From: an uncultured Bacilli bacterium
GTDB taxonomy: Bacteria; Bacillota_I; Bacilli_A; RF39; UBA660
Assembly (NCBI GenBank): GCA_944372215.1
Contig: CALVYL010000001.1
Location: 391 to 64,390, forward strand
Reading direction: 5' to 3'
DNA length: 64,000 nt
Shown: in pieces, positions 51,902 through 62,888 of the stretch
How the letters are laid out: each line of letters begins with the position of its first letter
Position numbering within the stretch: the first letter of the stretch is position 1
Program-made: the position numbers and the translations under genes
The notes under the pieces: model-generated
What the model was told of the DNA's origin: nothing
What the model saw: the letters and a program-made list of their open reading frames with translations, nothing else
Databases searched by the model: none

Positions 51902-52734
51902 CTACCTACTTTCGACAATCATACTGCCATATCTAGGATGTCCATTAACAATTTCAATTTCTACACTAGTATGTATTTCTTTTAATTCATTAAACTCAAA
52001 CCCTGGAATATAAGAATTTTTATTAGATACTAATACATCAGCTTTATATTTATCATTGTATTTATAAATGTCTTCAATTTCAAATGTTGTTCCGTGTGAT
52101 CCAAATCCATCACCAATAACAGCTGCTATTTTATATCCTTTATTGGCATATTTATTATAGCTATCTAAAAATTTACAATTTTCTCCATAAAGATCTGTAT
52201 TTTCACATTCCTTAATTAAATTTTCATAAGATTCAAAACCGTATAATCCATCATATTCTTCATAATTAAAATTAATATTAAAATACTCATTAAAAGTTTC
52301 TAAATCTTGATTAGATACCAAATAAATACCACCATAATACCATGAAGCTGTTTCAAATTCAAGATCATGAAAATATTTCATAATAAATGGAGCCGCTTGT
52401 TCAAAAAAATCATAATCCTCATTTTCATCAAGACTAGGTATCATAACAGTATACCACATCATTTCGTCGCACATTTTATCACATTTGTACAATCAAATAT
52501 ATTTTGAAGATCATTTCTTATAATAGCTATTTCCTCTTCTTCACTCAATTCATTATTTTCTTCAATATCATTTTGTTTATTTTCTTCATTTGTCTGATTA
52601 TTATTACTGTTATTTTCCACTATTTCATCTTCTTTGATAAAATTATCATATACTATGTATGATACACAACCTATTAATAAAATTACTAAAATTATTATAA
52701 TTACAATAAATTTCGTATTTTTATTTTCTGCCAT
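51902..52734 (-). pseudogene. Frameshifted copy of the signal-anchored paralog family (N-terminal anchor ORF 52459-52734 plus C-terminal domain ORF 51902-52492)
   Basis: The N-terminal 41 aa are nearly identical to the 52745-53617 protein. The downstream ORF, in another frame, is homologous to that protein's C-domain (WYTVMIPSLDENEDYD against LTYILIPDEEKELDAE). The two frames meet at tttgaTTGtac, with a TGA just before the TTG. Confidence 0.6.
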
Positions 52735-52744
52735 ATATAACTCC

Positions 52745-53617
52745 TTATATTATTTCACTTGAATACCAATAATAATTACCATCAATATCTTTTTTAAATG
52801 TTAATTTATATAATCCTGCTTCATCTCTATATAAATCAAATAATTCTGATCCATCCTCATAATCTACATCATCTGTAATAAATTTAGTAAAATTTCTATC
52901 TGCATAAATTCCACAATTATTATAACTACAACCATCTACTAAAAAATTAACATATACTAATAAATCATCACCATCTCGTACTGTTCTATTGTATTCTATA
53001 TAATTATAATAAGAAGAAACTCCGCCGCCATCAATTGGATAACATACAATTTCATTATCTATCAAACTACATGTTATTAATGAATAATTGTTATATGTAT
53101 AAATGGTTGTATAATCAATTGATTTATCACTACCAAACATTTGATGATAATATTTTTCAAATGTATCTCTACTTATTATTTCAGATGGGCAAATATATCC
53201 ACCATCATAACATTCGCTCTTAATATGGGCTTCTGCATCAAGTTCTTTTTCTTCATCTGGTATTAATATATATGTAAGTGCCATTTTATCAACACTAGTT
53301 AAATCATCATAATATATATTTTTATCTTGATATAAAATATATGTATTATCTGCAACATAAGTATGCTTGTTTGTTCTTTCAAATAAATCTCTACCAATAC
53401 TTGCTACTTCTTCATCTTCTTCAGGTAATTGAATGTTATCTTCTTCATTGTTGTTATTTTGTTCATTATTTGAATTGTTATTATCTTTATCATTATTTTC
53501 CACTATTTCATCTTCTTTGATAAAATTATCATATACTATGTATGATATACAACCTATTAATAAAATTACTAATATTATTATAATTACAATAAATTTCGTA
53601 TTTTTCTTTTCTGCCAT
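52745..53617 (-). CDS. Signal-anchored paralog (290 aa) with an Asn/Glu-rich linker and a Cys-containing C-terminal domain
   Basis: MAEKKNTKFIVIIIILVILLIGCISYIVYDNFIKEDEIVENN N-terminus shared with the neighbouring copy. Confidence 0.55.
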   Translation of the reverse strand: MAEKKNTKFIVIIIILVILLIGCISYIVYDNFIKEDEIVENNDKDNNNSNNEQNNNNEEDNIQLPEEDEEVASIGRDLFERTNKHTYVADNTYILYQDKNIYYDDLTSVDKMALTYILIPDEEKELDAEAHIKSECYDGGYICPSEIISRDTFEKYYHQMFGSDKSIDYTTIYTYNNYSLITCSLIDNEIVCYPIDGGGVSSYYNYIEYNRTVRDGDDLLVYVNFLVDGCSYNNCGIYADRNFTKFITDDVDYEDGSELFDLYRDEAGLYKLTFKKDIDGNYYWYSSEII

Positions 53618-53619
53618 GA

Positions 53620-54432
53620 TTATTCTCCTTTACTAAAATCAACTAAAACATAATTATCATTATCACTCTCAAATACATAATTATAAGTATCAGTATTTTC
53701 TTTAATGCTTTCTTCATTGTTATTTATATATTCTTCTATTTCACCAGTTGTATCATCACCAGAAAAATAAGAATTTTGATGATTATAAGCATCACTATAA
53801 GAATAATACAAATCATAATATGCTGGACCTACATCAGGAGTAATTATCCAAATAAATTGATAAGATACATAATACTTACCATCTTCATAATAAGCGTCTT
53901 TTAATAATGCTTCATATGGTTCTATTACACTGGTACCAGAACCAAATATAGCATTAGTATAAGTTTTTGTTTCTTCATCATATATAAAACCATCATCATT
54001 AAATACACTTAGTTTAATAAAGGGATGAATTGTTTCATGATTAAATGACAAATAATTTATACTTGTTTTATTAAAAGCTTCTTCTAGTTCAGATGCTGTA
54101 AAAGTATCATTATTGGAATAATGGTCTAAACCATTTAATTCAGTAAGCTTTAGTAACGCTACTTGTAATTTTTCTTGATTAGTTATTTCATTAATATTGT
54201 CTTTATCCCATAAGACATAGAGTTCATTATTAATTATTCTATTTAAATCACTTAATGTTGCCTCAGCAATTTCTTCTCTTTGAACTTGTTCATTTTGATT
54301 ATTTTCTATATTTTGATTTGTGTTATTATCTTTGATATAAATATCATAGATAATATAACTTACACTCGCTATTAACAAAACTGCTAATACTGCTATTATT
54401 ACCAACAAAATATTATTTTTCCTTTTTTCCAT
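53620..54432 (-). CDS. Signal-anchored paralog (270 aa) with the same architecture and a divergent C-terminal domain
   Basis: MEKRKNNILLVIIAVLAVLLIASVSYIIYDIYIKDNN N-terminus. Asn/Gln-rich linker. Confidence 0.5.
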   Translation of the reverse strand: MEKRKNNILLVIIAVLAVLLIASVSYIIYDIYIKDNNTNQNIENNQNEQVQREEIAEATLSDLNRIINNELYVLWDKDNINEITNQEKLQVALLKLTELNGLDHYSNNDTFTASELEEAFNKTSINYLSFNHETIHPFIKLSVFNDDGFIYDEETKTYTNAIFGSGTSVIEPYEALLKDAYYEDGKYYVSYQFIWIITPDVGPAYYDLYYSYSDAYNHQNSYFSGDDTTGEIEEYINNNEESIKENTDTYNYVFESDNDNYVLVDFSKGE

Positions 54433-54538
54433 ATAACAACCTACTTTCTATTAACATAGTAACATATGGTTAATAATTAAACAAGGTTTAATTATTTTTT
54501 TTACGTTGATTTGACTAAAAACAAACAAGCATAATTTT

Positions 54539-55441
54539 TCACTTGTTTGAATTTAGTTTTTCAAGAATCTTAATACTTAAACCTGTTATTTCAGCAGTTA
54601 ATTCTAAATTCATACCTTTTGAAAGCATCTTTTTAGCTGTTGCTATTTTTTCCGCTTTAATTCCAGCTTTTCTGCCAGCCTTTTCACCTTCTTCTCTAGC
54701 ACACTCTACATCATAATCCCAATGTGAACCATAGCCTTTATTGGCATCATTATCTAAATATGACTTGATATACTTTAATGCTTGTTCCATAAATATATTT
54801 CCTCCTTTTGCTAAATTTTCTAACTCACTCATTGTCTTTCTATTCATATAATCTAGTATCTTTAATAACCTTTCATCTTCATTATAACTCTCTGTTTCGT
54901 TTGTGTCAACCACAATTATAAACATTTGCTTATAATCATTTATTTTTTTAAAGGGTACTTTTAGAGTATCTAAATCTACTACTCCATATTTTTTTATTAT
55001 TTTTTTACTTGTTCCTTTTTTAGGAACAAAATTAAAACATATTACCATATTATCACTTGTGAAATTATCTTTATTGTTTCTTTCAAATCTACCTGATGAG
55101 ATTTTATCTAAATAAGCTTCACTTTTACGATATTCCTTGGAACCAAATTTAGTATATGCTTCAAATAATATGATATCTCCCACATCAGTACTTATCAATA
55201 TATCACGATAAAAGTCTTGTTTTAAAATACTATCAGCCATATCTATTTTCTCGGGATTAGTACTTATAGCTCCATAATTTAAATTTAGATGCAAATAATC
55301 ACTGATGGCATCAAGTAAATATTTTGCCATCTCTTCATGAGAAAAGACAAATTTAAATACTTGATCATCAAGTAAGATAGGATATTTACCACTCAAGATT
55401 TTATCGCGGCGATTTTGTTTGATTTTAACATTATTTTGCAT
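54539..55441 (-). CDS. Rpn/YhgA-like PD-(D/E)XK nuclease family protein (putative transposase)
   Basis: C-terminal EEGEKAGRKAGIKAEKIATAKKMLSKGMNLELTAEITGLSIKILEKL typical of this family. The start was set at 55441 with SD gaggt. Confidence 0.65.
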   Translation of the reverse strand: MQNNVKIKQNRRDKILSGKYPILLDDQVFKFVFSHEEMAKYLLDAISDYLHLNLNYGAISTNPEKIDMADSILKQDFYRDILISTDVGDIILFEAYTKFGSKEYRKSEAYLDKISSGRFERNNKDNFTSDNMVICFNFVPKKGTSKKIIKKYGVVDLDTLKVPFKKINDYKQMFIIVVDTNETESYNEDERLLKILDYMNRKTMSELENLAKGGNIFMEQALKYIKSYLDNDANKGYGSHWDYDVECAREEGEKAGRKAGIKAEKIATAKKMLSKGMNLELTAEITGLSIKILEKLNSNK

Positions 55442-55562
55442 GATTCTACCTCGTTTCTTGGTTTTATATCCTAACATAACCTAAAAATAATCGTCAAGAG
55501 TTTATTTTGTCTTGTTTTGTCGAATATTCAGATTGTTTGTCGAAAATGCTCGAAAATCTCTA

Positions 55563-55592
55563 AAAATCAAGAAAAAACTGGATAAATCCAGT
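55563..55592 (-). terminator. Intrinsic terminator after polC
   Basis: Minus strand: aaaactggatttatccagtttt followed by ttcttgattttt. Confidence 0.65.
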
Positions 55593-55593
55593 T

Positions 55594-58500
55594 TTAAAAT
55601 AAGCTTAATTGAGCAGATTCTGGCATACCTTTAAATACTCCTAATTCTCTTAGAGCATTAACAGTTGTTTGGTTTACTTTACCACGTACTTGAAAATCTT
55701 CAACACAATAAAATGGTTTTTTATTTCTTTCTTCTATAATTTTATTAGCAACTGATTCACCTAGACCATCAACTGCCATAAATGGTAAATATAGACATTT
55801 ATTTTCTTCATCAATATAAAATGTTTTAGCTAGGGATTTTTCAATATCGATGTTTTTAAATGAAAAGCCTCTGGCAAGCATTTCTAAAGCTACTGCTAAA
55901 GTATCTCCGACCGCTTGTTCTTTGGCGGTAGCCCCAAAACCTTTTTCTTTAATTTCCGCAAGGCGTCTTTTTATACCATCATAGCCACCAAGCATTGCGG
56001 ATACATCAAAGTCACTTCTTCTAATTGAGAAAAATGCGGAATAATAATAAAGGGGATAATATACTTTAAACCAAGCAACCCGGTAAGCCATCATAACATA
56101 AGCACAAGCATGGGCTTTCGGAAACATGTATTGAATCTTACGACAGCACTCAATAAACCATTCAGGCACACTATATTCGCGCATTTGGGCAGCTAGAGGT
56201 ATCCAATTATCCGGTTCTTTTTTAGGTTTTCCTTTACGAACGAATTCACTAATTTTAAATGCTGCTGAAGGTTCCATACCATAATTCATCAAACTAACCA
56301 TAATATCATCACGACATCCAACAACCTCACTAAATGATGCAACATTATTAACTATTAGTTCCCGCACATTACCTTGCCATACATTAGTACCATGCGCAAG
56401 ACCAGCTATTTTTACTAAATCCGCAAAGTGTGTTGGTTTAATTTCTAAAAGCATGTTAATAGCAAAGTTTGTACCAAATTCAGGAATTCCTAAAGTACCA
56501 GTTTTACATAAAATTTGGTCTTCAGTAACTCCTAGGGCTTTAGGAGATGTAAACAAACTAATGACATTTTTATCATCAAAAGGAATATCTAGAATATTTA
56601 CTTTAGTTGTATCTCCTAAATAACGAAGCATGGTTGGATCATCGTGGCCAAGAATATCTAGTTTTAAAACATTGTCGTGAATAGCATGGAAATCAAAATG
56701 TGTTGTATACCAAGTGCTATCTGGTTCATCTGCGGGATATTGATAAGGGGTAAAATCAAAGACATCCATATATTGGGGAATAACGATAATTCCGCCGGGA
56801 TGTTGACCAGTAGTTCTTTTAACTCCGGTACAACCAAGAGCAATCCGTTCAGTTTCTACACTATTCATAATGATACCTTTATCTTCACAGTATCCCCGAA
56901 CATAACCAAAGGCTGTTTTATCAGCAACTGTTGATATTGTCCCCGCACGATAGGCATGGTCTTCACCGAATAAGACTTTAACATAATTGTGAGCATCAGC
57001 TTGATTATCTCCCGAGAAATTTAAATCAATATCAGGAACTTTTTCGGCTTTAAAGCCTAGGAATGTCGCAAATGGCATATCTTGACCTTCTTTTTTTAGT
57101 TTCGTGCCACATTCACAAATCCGATCAGGCATATCATAGCCGGAATCATAATGTTCCGTTAAAGGATGGCCTTCTTCATCATCAAAATAGGATTTTTTAC
57201 ATTTTGGACAAACATAATGCGGAGGTAGACCGTTAACCTCAGTTATTCCCATCATGGTTGCAACAAGTGATGAACCAACAGAACCACGGGAACCTACAAA
57301 GTAACCATCAGCATTACTCTTCTTAACTAATTTTTCCGCAATTAAATATATTACATCAAAACCACCACCGATGATACCAGAAAGTTCAGCCTCCAGGCGT
57401 TCTTCAATATTTTTAGGGAGCGGATCACCATATATTTCATGAGCTTTATTATAAACCATTTCTTTAGTCGTTTCAGCTGAATTTTCTAATATCGGGGTAT
57501 ATAATTTATCGTGAATGATTTGTAACTCTTCGCACATATCAGCAATAGCATTGGGATTAGTCACAACTATTTCGCGTCTTAAATCTTCATCTAGGAATGA
57601 GAAGGCATCAAGCATTTCTCCCGTTGTTAGAAAGTACATATTAGGTAGTTCAATATCACTCCTATTTAATGGGTGTATTTTACCATTAGTTTTTTGATGA
57701 ACAATAATCTTACGATAAATTAAATCTTCTGGTCTTAAATTATGGACATCACCAGTAGCTACCACTAACTTGCCCATCCTCCCCGCGGTTTTCACTAGTC
57801 TTGAAACATAACCATTGTATTCCAAAACATTATGAAATTTTTTATCAGGGCCAATTAAATGGGAACAACTTGATGCCGGTTGGACCTCGATATAATCGTA
57901 AAAGTTCATAGCATCAACTAATTCATCATCACTCATGTGAGTTCCTTTTTCAAAAATTTCCCCATTGATACAACCACTACCAATAAGCAGTCCTTCTTGC
58001 ATACTCATTAAGTCTGTCCGCGGAATCTTGGCATCTTTTCCTTTAAATAAATATTTAGTATTAGCTAAACTAATAATTTTAAATAAGTTTTTTAATCCAA
58101 CTTTATTTTTGGCAATTACTGTTAAGTGGAAAGGACGAGCAAATTTAATTGCATTTTCTTTGTCCGCTAGACCTTCTAGAGCAATAGTGGTATTAACATT
58201 TTCTCTTTTTAATTGATAAAGCATTTGATAAAAACATTTACTGGTACCTTCACAGTCATAATCAGCTCGATGGTGTTTATCTTCATCCCATTCAACATTT
58301 AAATTTTTAACTAAAGTTGAAAGTTTATGATTACGCCAGTCCGGATACATATTACGAGCCATACCCATAGTATCAATAACGGTATTTTTAAATTCACCAA
58401 GATTATATTTTTTCATGGCGCTAGATACAAAAGCGATATCAAATTGGGCATTGTGAGCAACCATTGGTAGGTCTCCGACAAACTCTAGGAATCTTTTAGT

Positions 58501-59907
58501 AACATTTTCTTCACTATCTTTACCCTTAAGCATTTCATCAGTTATATTAGTAAGTTCCGTAATAATATTAGGAAGAGGATGATCACAGGCAATAAGTTCA
58601 TCAAACCTTTCAATAATTTCATCATTTTTAACCTTTACAGCCCCAATTTCAATCATTTGATCAATTCCACTGTTTAAACCAGTTGTTTCCGTATCAAATA
58701 CGACATATTCTTGGTCAAATAAATTATATTCTTTATTATTAAATACTATATTGGCCTCAATATCTACAACATTAAGTTCAGCTCCATATAAAGCTTTAAA
58801 CTTATCTTTATCTTCTTTCCCTTTATTAAGTTTAGCAACAGTATTATAAACATCGGGATAAGCTTGCAAGCAATTATGATCAGTTATAGCAACAGCTTTA
58901 TGTCCTAGTTTCGCCGCAAATTTAACTAAAGTTGAGGCGTCAATTACCCCATCCATCGCACTCATCATGGTATGAGCATGTAATTCAACTCGTTTATCTA
59001 TCGCATCATCCACAACCTTAATATCTTTACTAGGAATTTCTTCAATATTTTTAGCATTTAGAACCATTTGTTTTAAATAAGCATCCATTTCCATATTACC
59101 ATGAATTCTAAACCATTTACCTTTTTCTATTTTTTTATCTAATACACTAAATTCTTCTTCATCAAATTTAACAATTTTCATAAGATAACTATCAGTTTTA
59201 TCACTAACTTTAAGATTCATAATAAATATTGGCCCTTTTTTGCCCTGTCTTTCCACAACCTCTTTGCCAAAGACATAAACCTCAACAATGATATTACGGA
59301 CCTCACCAAGAATGTTATTTAGTTGTGTAACAGCTCCATCCATATGTTTACCCATAATAACTGGAGAATCTTCTTCTTTAATAACAGTATCTTTATCATG
59401 TTTAATTTCTTCTCTCAATGTTTCTCTTAAATCTTCTCTAATTAAAATATCTAATTTATATTCTCCTAAACCATATCTTTTTAAATTATTTAAAATTGCA
59501 GGTGCTTCTCGTAATAATCCTCCCCGTTCAAATTCATTTAATACTTGAAAATAAAGAGTATCACCATTAATTTCTATTTCGCTGGTTTTTATACCAATCA
59601 TCGAAGGTCTTCTAATAATTATTTCATCAATAAAATAGTCTAAATAAGTTTTTATATCTTCAAAAGTAACATTTTCATAAATTAATATAACATCGCAAGG
59701 TTTATCACCATTAATTCCATTGCTGGCACACCAAAATAATTGATTAACATTGGAAACATCAATTACATCCTTATTTTTTATATAAACAATAAATTTTTCT
59801 TCTTTTTTCTTTAATACTACTTTTTCTAAACTGGATTCTTCAAAACCAACTCCTGAGAAACTAATGCTATCAAAGAATCTTTTTAAATCTGTATTCAAAA
59901 ATATCAC
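55594..59907 (-). CDS. polC: DNA polymerase III PolC-type
   Basis: 1437 aa. DEDDh exonuclease domain (FDTETTG, HNAQFD). PHP. Zn-finger CPKC...CECG. Polymerase core. Confidence 0.95.
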   Translation of the reverse strand: MIFLNTDLKRFFDSISFSGVGFEESSLEKVVLKKKEEKFIVYIKNKDVIDVSNVNQLFWCASNGINGDKPCDVILIYENVTFEDIKTYLDYFIDEIIIRRPSMIGIKTSEIEINGDTLYFQVLNEFERGGLLREAPAILNNLKRYGLGEYKLDILIREDLRETLREEIKHDKDTVIKEEDSPVIMGKHMDGAVTQLNNILGEVRNIIVEVYVFGKEVVERQGKKGPIFIMNLKVSDKTDSYLMKIVKFDEEEFSVLDKKIEKGKWFRIHGNMEMDAYLKQMVLNAKNIEEIPSKDIKVVDDAIDKRVELHAHTMMSAMDGVIDASTLVKFAAKLGHKAVAITDHNCLQAYPDVYNTVAKLNKGKEDKDKFKALYGAELNVVDIEANIVFNNKEYNLFDQEYVVFDTETTGLNSGIDQMIEIGAVKVKNDEIIERFDELIACDHPLPNIITELTNITDEMLKGKDSEENVTKRFLEFVGDLPMVAHNAQFDIAFVSSAMKKYNLGEFKNTVIDTMGMARNMYPDWRNHKLSTLVKNLNVEWDEDKHHRADYDCEGTSKCFYQMLYQLKRENVNTTIALEGLADKENAIKFARPFHLTVIAKNKVGLKNLFKIISLANTKYLFKGKDAKIPRTDLMSMQEGLLIGSGCINGEIFEKGTHMSDDELVDAMNFYDYIEVQPASSCSHLIGPDKKFHNVLEYNGYVSRLVKTAGRMGKLVVATGDVHNLRPEDLIYRKIIVHQKTNGKIHPLNRSDIELPNMYFLTTGEMLDAFSFLDEDLRREIVVTNPNAIADMCEELQIIHDKLYTPILENSAETTKEMVYNKAHEIYGDPLPKNIEERLEAELSGIIGGGFDVIYLIAEKLVKKSNADGYFVGSRGSVGSSLVATMMGITEVNGLPPHYVCPKCKKSYFDDEEGHPLTEHYDSGYDMPDRICECGTKLKKEGQDMPFATFLGFKAEKVPDIDLNFSGDNQADAHNYVKVLFGEDHAYRAGTISTVADKTAFGYVRGYCEDKGIIMNSVETERIALGCTGVKRTTGQHPGGIIVIPQYMDVFDFTPYQYPADEPDSTWYTTHFDFHAIHDNVLKLDILGHDDPTMLRYLGDTTKVNILDIPFDDKNVISLFTSPKALGVTEDQILCKTGTLGIPEFGTNFAINMLLEIKPTHFADLVKIAGLAHGTNVWQGNVRELIVNNVASFSEVVGCRDDIMVSLMNYGMEPSAAFKISEFVRKGKPKKEPDNWIPLAAQMREYSVPEWFIECCRKIQYMFPKAHACAYVMMAYRVAWFKVYYPLYYYSAFFSIRRSDFDVSAMLGGYDGIKRRLAEIKEKGFGATAKEQAVGDTLAVALEMLARGFSFKNIDIEKSLAKTFYIDEENKCLYLPFMAVDGLGESVANKIIEERNKKPFYCVEDFQVRGKVNQTTVNALRELGVFKGMPESAQLSLF

Positions 59908-62762
59908 CCATTTCTTTTTATATTATTAACTATAATTCCAATTTTGTCAAATCTCTTAATAACTTTGCCATAGACAATTACTAAATCTTTTTCTTTTATA
60001 TTTTTCAAATTTTGATAAACAGTTGGAAAGACTGTAAAATCATTGAATCCCGTCTCATCACTACCTACAAAAAAAGCCATATTTTCATTATTTTTAGTTT
60101 TAATTTTGGTAATTTTATCCACTAATACAATACAATTTATATTTTTAAATAAATATTTATTTATATTTGCCATTTTTATATATTTACTATCGACATATTT
60201 ACTGGCAGGATGATTAGTAATATAAAAGCCAAAACTATCAATTTCATCTTGCATTAAAATACTTGAATCAAACTCAGGATATTCTATTAAAATTGGTTTT
60301 TCCAATACAATATCATCACTAGCTAACTCCATATAATTAAAAACACTATCTAAAGCATTAATTAATGTTTGATGTGTTGCCTTAAAAGTATCCATTGCTC
60401 CAGCCCTAATTAAGTTTTCCATTATACCCCGAGTTATAAATTCTTTATTTTTAATAGCAAAATCAAAGATATCACTATAATCATTACCTCTATTATCAAT
60501 AATTTTCTTAGTCATATCTATATTTATATTTTTAATTACCCAAAGTGGTAAGATTAATTTATTATTTTCAATATAATAATTGTCATAAATACTATTAATG
60601 CTAGGCTTATATAATTTTACTCCCCCACTTTTTAAATAAGTGAAATAATAAGTATTTTTAGTAGCATTTGTTGAATTATTTAATTCTTCCACGATGAAAT
60701 AAACTGGATAAAAACATTTTAAATACGCCATATAATAAGCTACTAAAGCATAAGCAACTGAATGGGATTTATTAAAACCGTAGCTGGCAAACTTAACAAT
60801 TAAGTTATATATTTCTTCTGCCAGTTCTTTATTATACCCTTGTTTTATTGCTGATTTAATAAACTTTTCTTGTTCGCTTTTTAAAACATCTTCTTTTTTC
60901 TTGGATATAGCTCTTCTTACAATATCCGCATCTGCTAGAGAGTAGCCTGCAAATTGGGTTAATATGGCAATAATTTGTTCTTGATAAATTATTATTCCAT
61001 AAGTATCTTTCAAAATTGGTTCTAAATCAGGATGGAGATATGTTACATTTTCTAATCCTTCTTTTCTTTTGATATAACTATTTGCTTGATCCTTGGGGCC
61101 AGGTCTACCTAGAGCAATTAAAGCTACTAAATCTTTAAAACTATTAGGTTTTAACTTTAAAGCTAAATCATGCATTGTTGGAGTTTCTAATTGAAATATT
61201 CCTTCTGTTTTACCACTACTAAGCATTTTATAGACCTTTTTTTCTTCTAAATTGATGTCTTTTAAGACATCTTGGCCAATTAAATTAAGAATATTAGCAA
61301 TAGTTGTCAAATTTTTAAGACCTAAAAAATCCATTTTTAAAAGACCTATGTCTTCTAAATATTCCATAGTTACTCCGGTTAGTAAGGTATTATTACTCAT
61401 ATGAATAGGAATGACTGAGTCGATATCGACACTTGAGATAATTACTCCCGCGGCATGAGTTGAGGTATTTTTCTTTAAACCTTCTAGTTTTTTAGAGATA
61501 CTATAAACCTCTTTTAATTCGGGATAGTTATGTAAATATTTTCTTACTAATTCATTATTTAAATTAGCCTCTAAACTTAAACTAGCATTTATTACCTTGG
61601 TAAACTTGTCTACTAAAGAACTATCAATTTTTAAAAGTTTTCCTACCTCTCGAATAACTAATTTGCTTTTTAAAGTATTAAATGTTAATCCCAAAGCCAC
61701 TCTTTTTTCGCCATATTTATTTCTAACATAATCAATTACCAAATCTCTTTTGGTGGCATCAAAATCAATATCAATATCAGGCATAGTAACTCGTTCAGGG
61801 TTTAGGAAACGTTCAAACAACAAATTATATTTCATTGGATCAATATCAGTTATACCTATAGCATAACTTACTAAAGATCCCGCGGCAGAACCCCGTCCTG
61901 GTCCAACTAAAATATTATTTTTTTTAGCATATAAAACATAATCATAAACAATTAAAAAATAATCGACAAAGCCCATTTTCTTAATAACATCAAGTTCATA
62001 ATTAAGTCTTTTAGTATATGTTTCACTTACTTTACCATTTAATCTTTTATTTAATCCAATTCTTGCTAACTTTTCTAAAAATACATCGGAATCACTATCT
62101 AAATATGCTGGTATGTATCGTTCATTTTTAGGAATTTTTAAATCAATTAGATTTATGATTTCTTCTAACTTACCTAAATCTGTTACATTTTCATAAAAAC
62201 AATTAGTATTGATAGTTATATTATCTTTTCTTAACATATCTAAATATTTTAAATAGTTAATATCTTCTTTTTTTAAAACTCTTAAATCATTTATATAAAC
62301 AACATTATTACTTAAAAGTAGTTCATTATTTTTTTCATAAAGATTAGAATAGCCTAAATATAAATATTTATAAAAACTTAAACTTTTATACAAAGTTATA
62401 CTATTATAAGGAATTATTACTAGTATACTTTCTTGATAATCTTCTAAATCACTAATATTTATATCTCTAGTTTCTTTAATTGTATGTATTTTAAGTAGAT
62501 TTTGATATCCTTTATAATTCATAGCATATAAATATATATCTAAATTATCTATTTTGATATTTAAGCCCACTATAGGTTTAATATTATTATTTAGGCAGCT
62601 ATTATAAAACTCTAATACCCCATATAAGTTTTCATCACATATACCACAAGCATTTATTTTTTGAGCATTTAAAAAAGTAATTAAATCTTTAATTTTAATT
62701 AAACTTTTTAAAATACTATAATCTGTTACTACTTTAAGTGGTACATACATAATTAACCTCAT
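59904..62762 (-). CDS. dnaE: DNA polymerase III alpha subunit DnaE
   Basis: GPGRGSAAGSLVSYAIGITDIDP...LLFERFLNPERVTMPDIDIDF. The PHP N-terminus lacks the usual His (YVPLKVVTDYS). Its stop overlaps the polC start by 4 bp. Confidence 0.9.
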   Translation of the reverse strand: MRLIMYVPLKVVTDYSILKSLIKIKDLITFLNAQKINACGICDENLYGVLEFYNSCLNNNIKPIVGLNIKIDNLDIYLYAMNYKGYQNLLKIHTIKETRDINISDLEDYQESILVIIPYNSITLYKSLSFYKYLYLGYSNLYEKNNELLLSNNVVYINDLRVLKKEDINYLKYLDMLRKDNITINTNCFYENVTDLGKLEEIINLIDLKIPKNERYIPAYLDSDSDVFLEKLARIGLNKRLNGKVSETYTKRLNYELDVIKKMGFVDYFLIVYDYVLYAKKNNILVGPGRGSAAGSLVSYAIGITDIDPMKYNLLFERFLNPERVTMPDIDIDFDATKRDLVIDYVRNKYGEKRVALGLTFNTLKSKLVIREVGKLLKIDSSLVDKFTKVINASLSLEANLNNELVRKYLHNYPELKEVYSISKKLEGLKKNTSTHAAGVIISSVDIDSVIPIHMSNNTLLTGVTMEYLEDIGLLKMDFLGLKNLTTIANILNLIGQDVLKDINLEEKKVYKMLSSGKTEGIFQLETPTMHDLALKLKPNSFKDLVALIALGRPGPKDQANSYIKRKEGLENVTYLHPDLEPILKDTYGIIIYQEQIIAILTQFAGYSLADADIVRRAISKKKEDVLKSEQEKFIKSAIKQGYNKELAEEIYNLIVKFASYGFNKSHSVAYALVAYYMAYLKCFYPVYFIVEELNNSTNATKNTYYFTYLKSGGVKLYKPSINSIYDNYYIENNKLILPLWVIKNINIDMTKKIIDNRGNDYSDIFDFAIKNKEFITRGIMENLIRAGAMDTFKATHQTLINALDSVFNYMELASDDIVLEKPILIEYPEFDSSILMQDEIDSFGFYITNHPASKYVDSKYIKMANINKYLFKNINCIVLVDKITKIKTKNNENMAFFVGSDETGFNDFTVFPTVYQNLKNIKEKDLVIVYGKVIKRFDKIGIIVNNIKRNG

Positions 62763-62833
62763 AAAATATTATATAGCAATTTTTAACTATAGTAAATCAA
62801 AAACTAGTTAATTATGAAATTGATTTTAGTAAT

Positions 62834-62862
62834 TGACAAAAATATGATATAATGGTAAAATT
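62834..62862 (+). promoter_or_regulatory. Promoter TTGACA-17-TGgTAAAAT for rpmB
   Basis: ttgaca at 62834-39 and taaaat at 62857-62 with an upstream TGg. Confidence 0.55.
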
Positions 62863-62888
62863 TTTAAGTAGAAAAAAGGAGGCAAATT

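Noticed and set aside
55478-55560. Short direct repeats upstream of the Rpn gene considered as a CRISPR-like or IS terminal-repeat array
   Set aside because: Only three imperfect ~11-bp units without spacers of regular length. No matching inverted copy at the other end of the gene.
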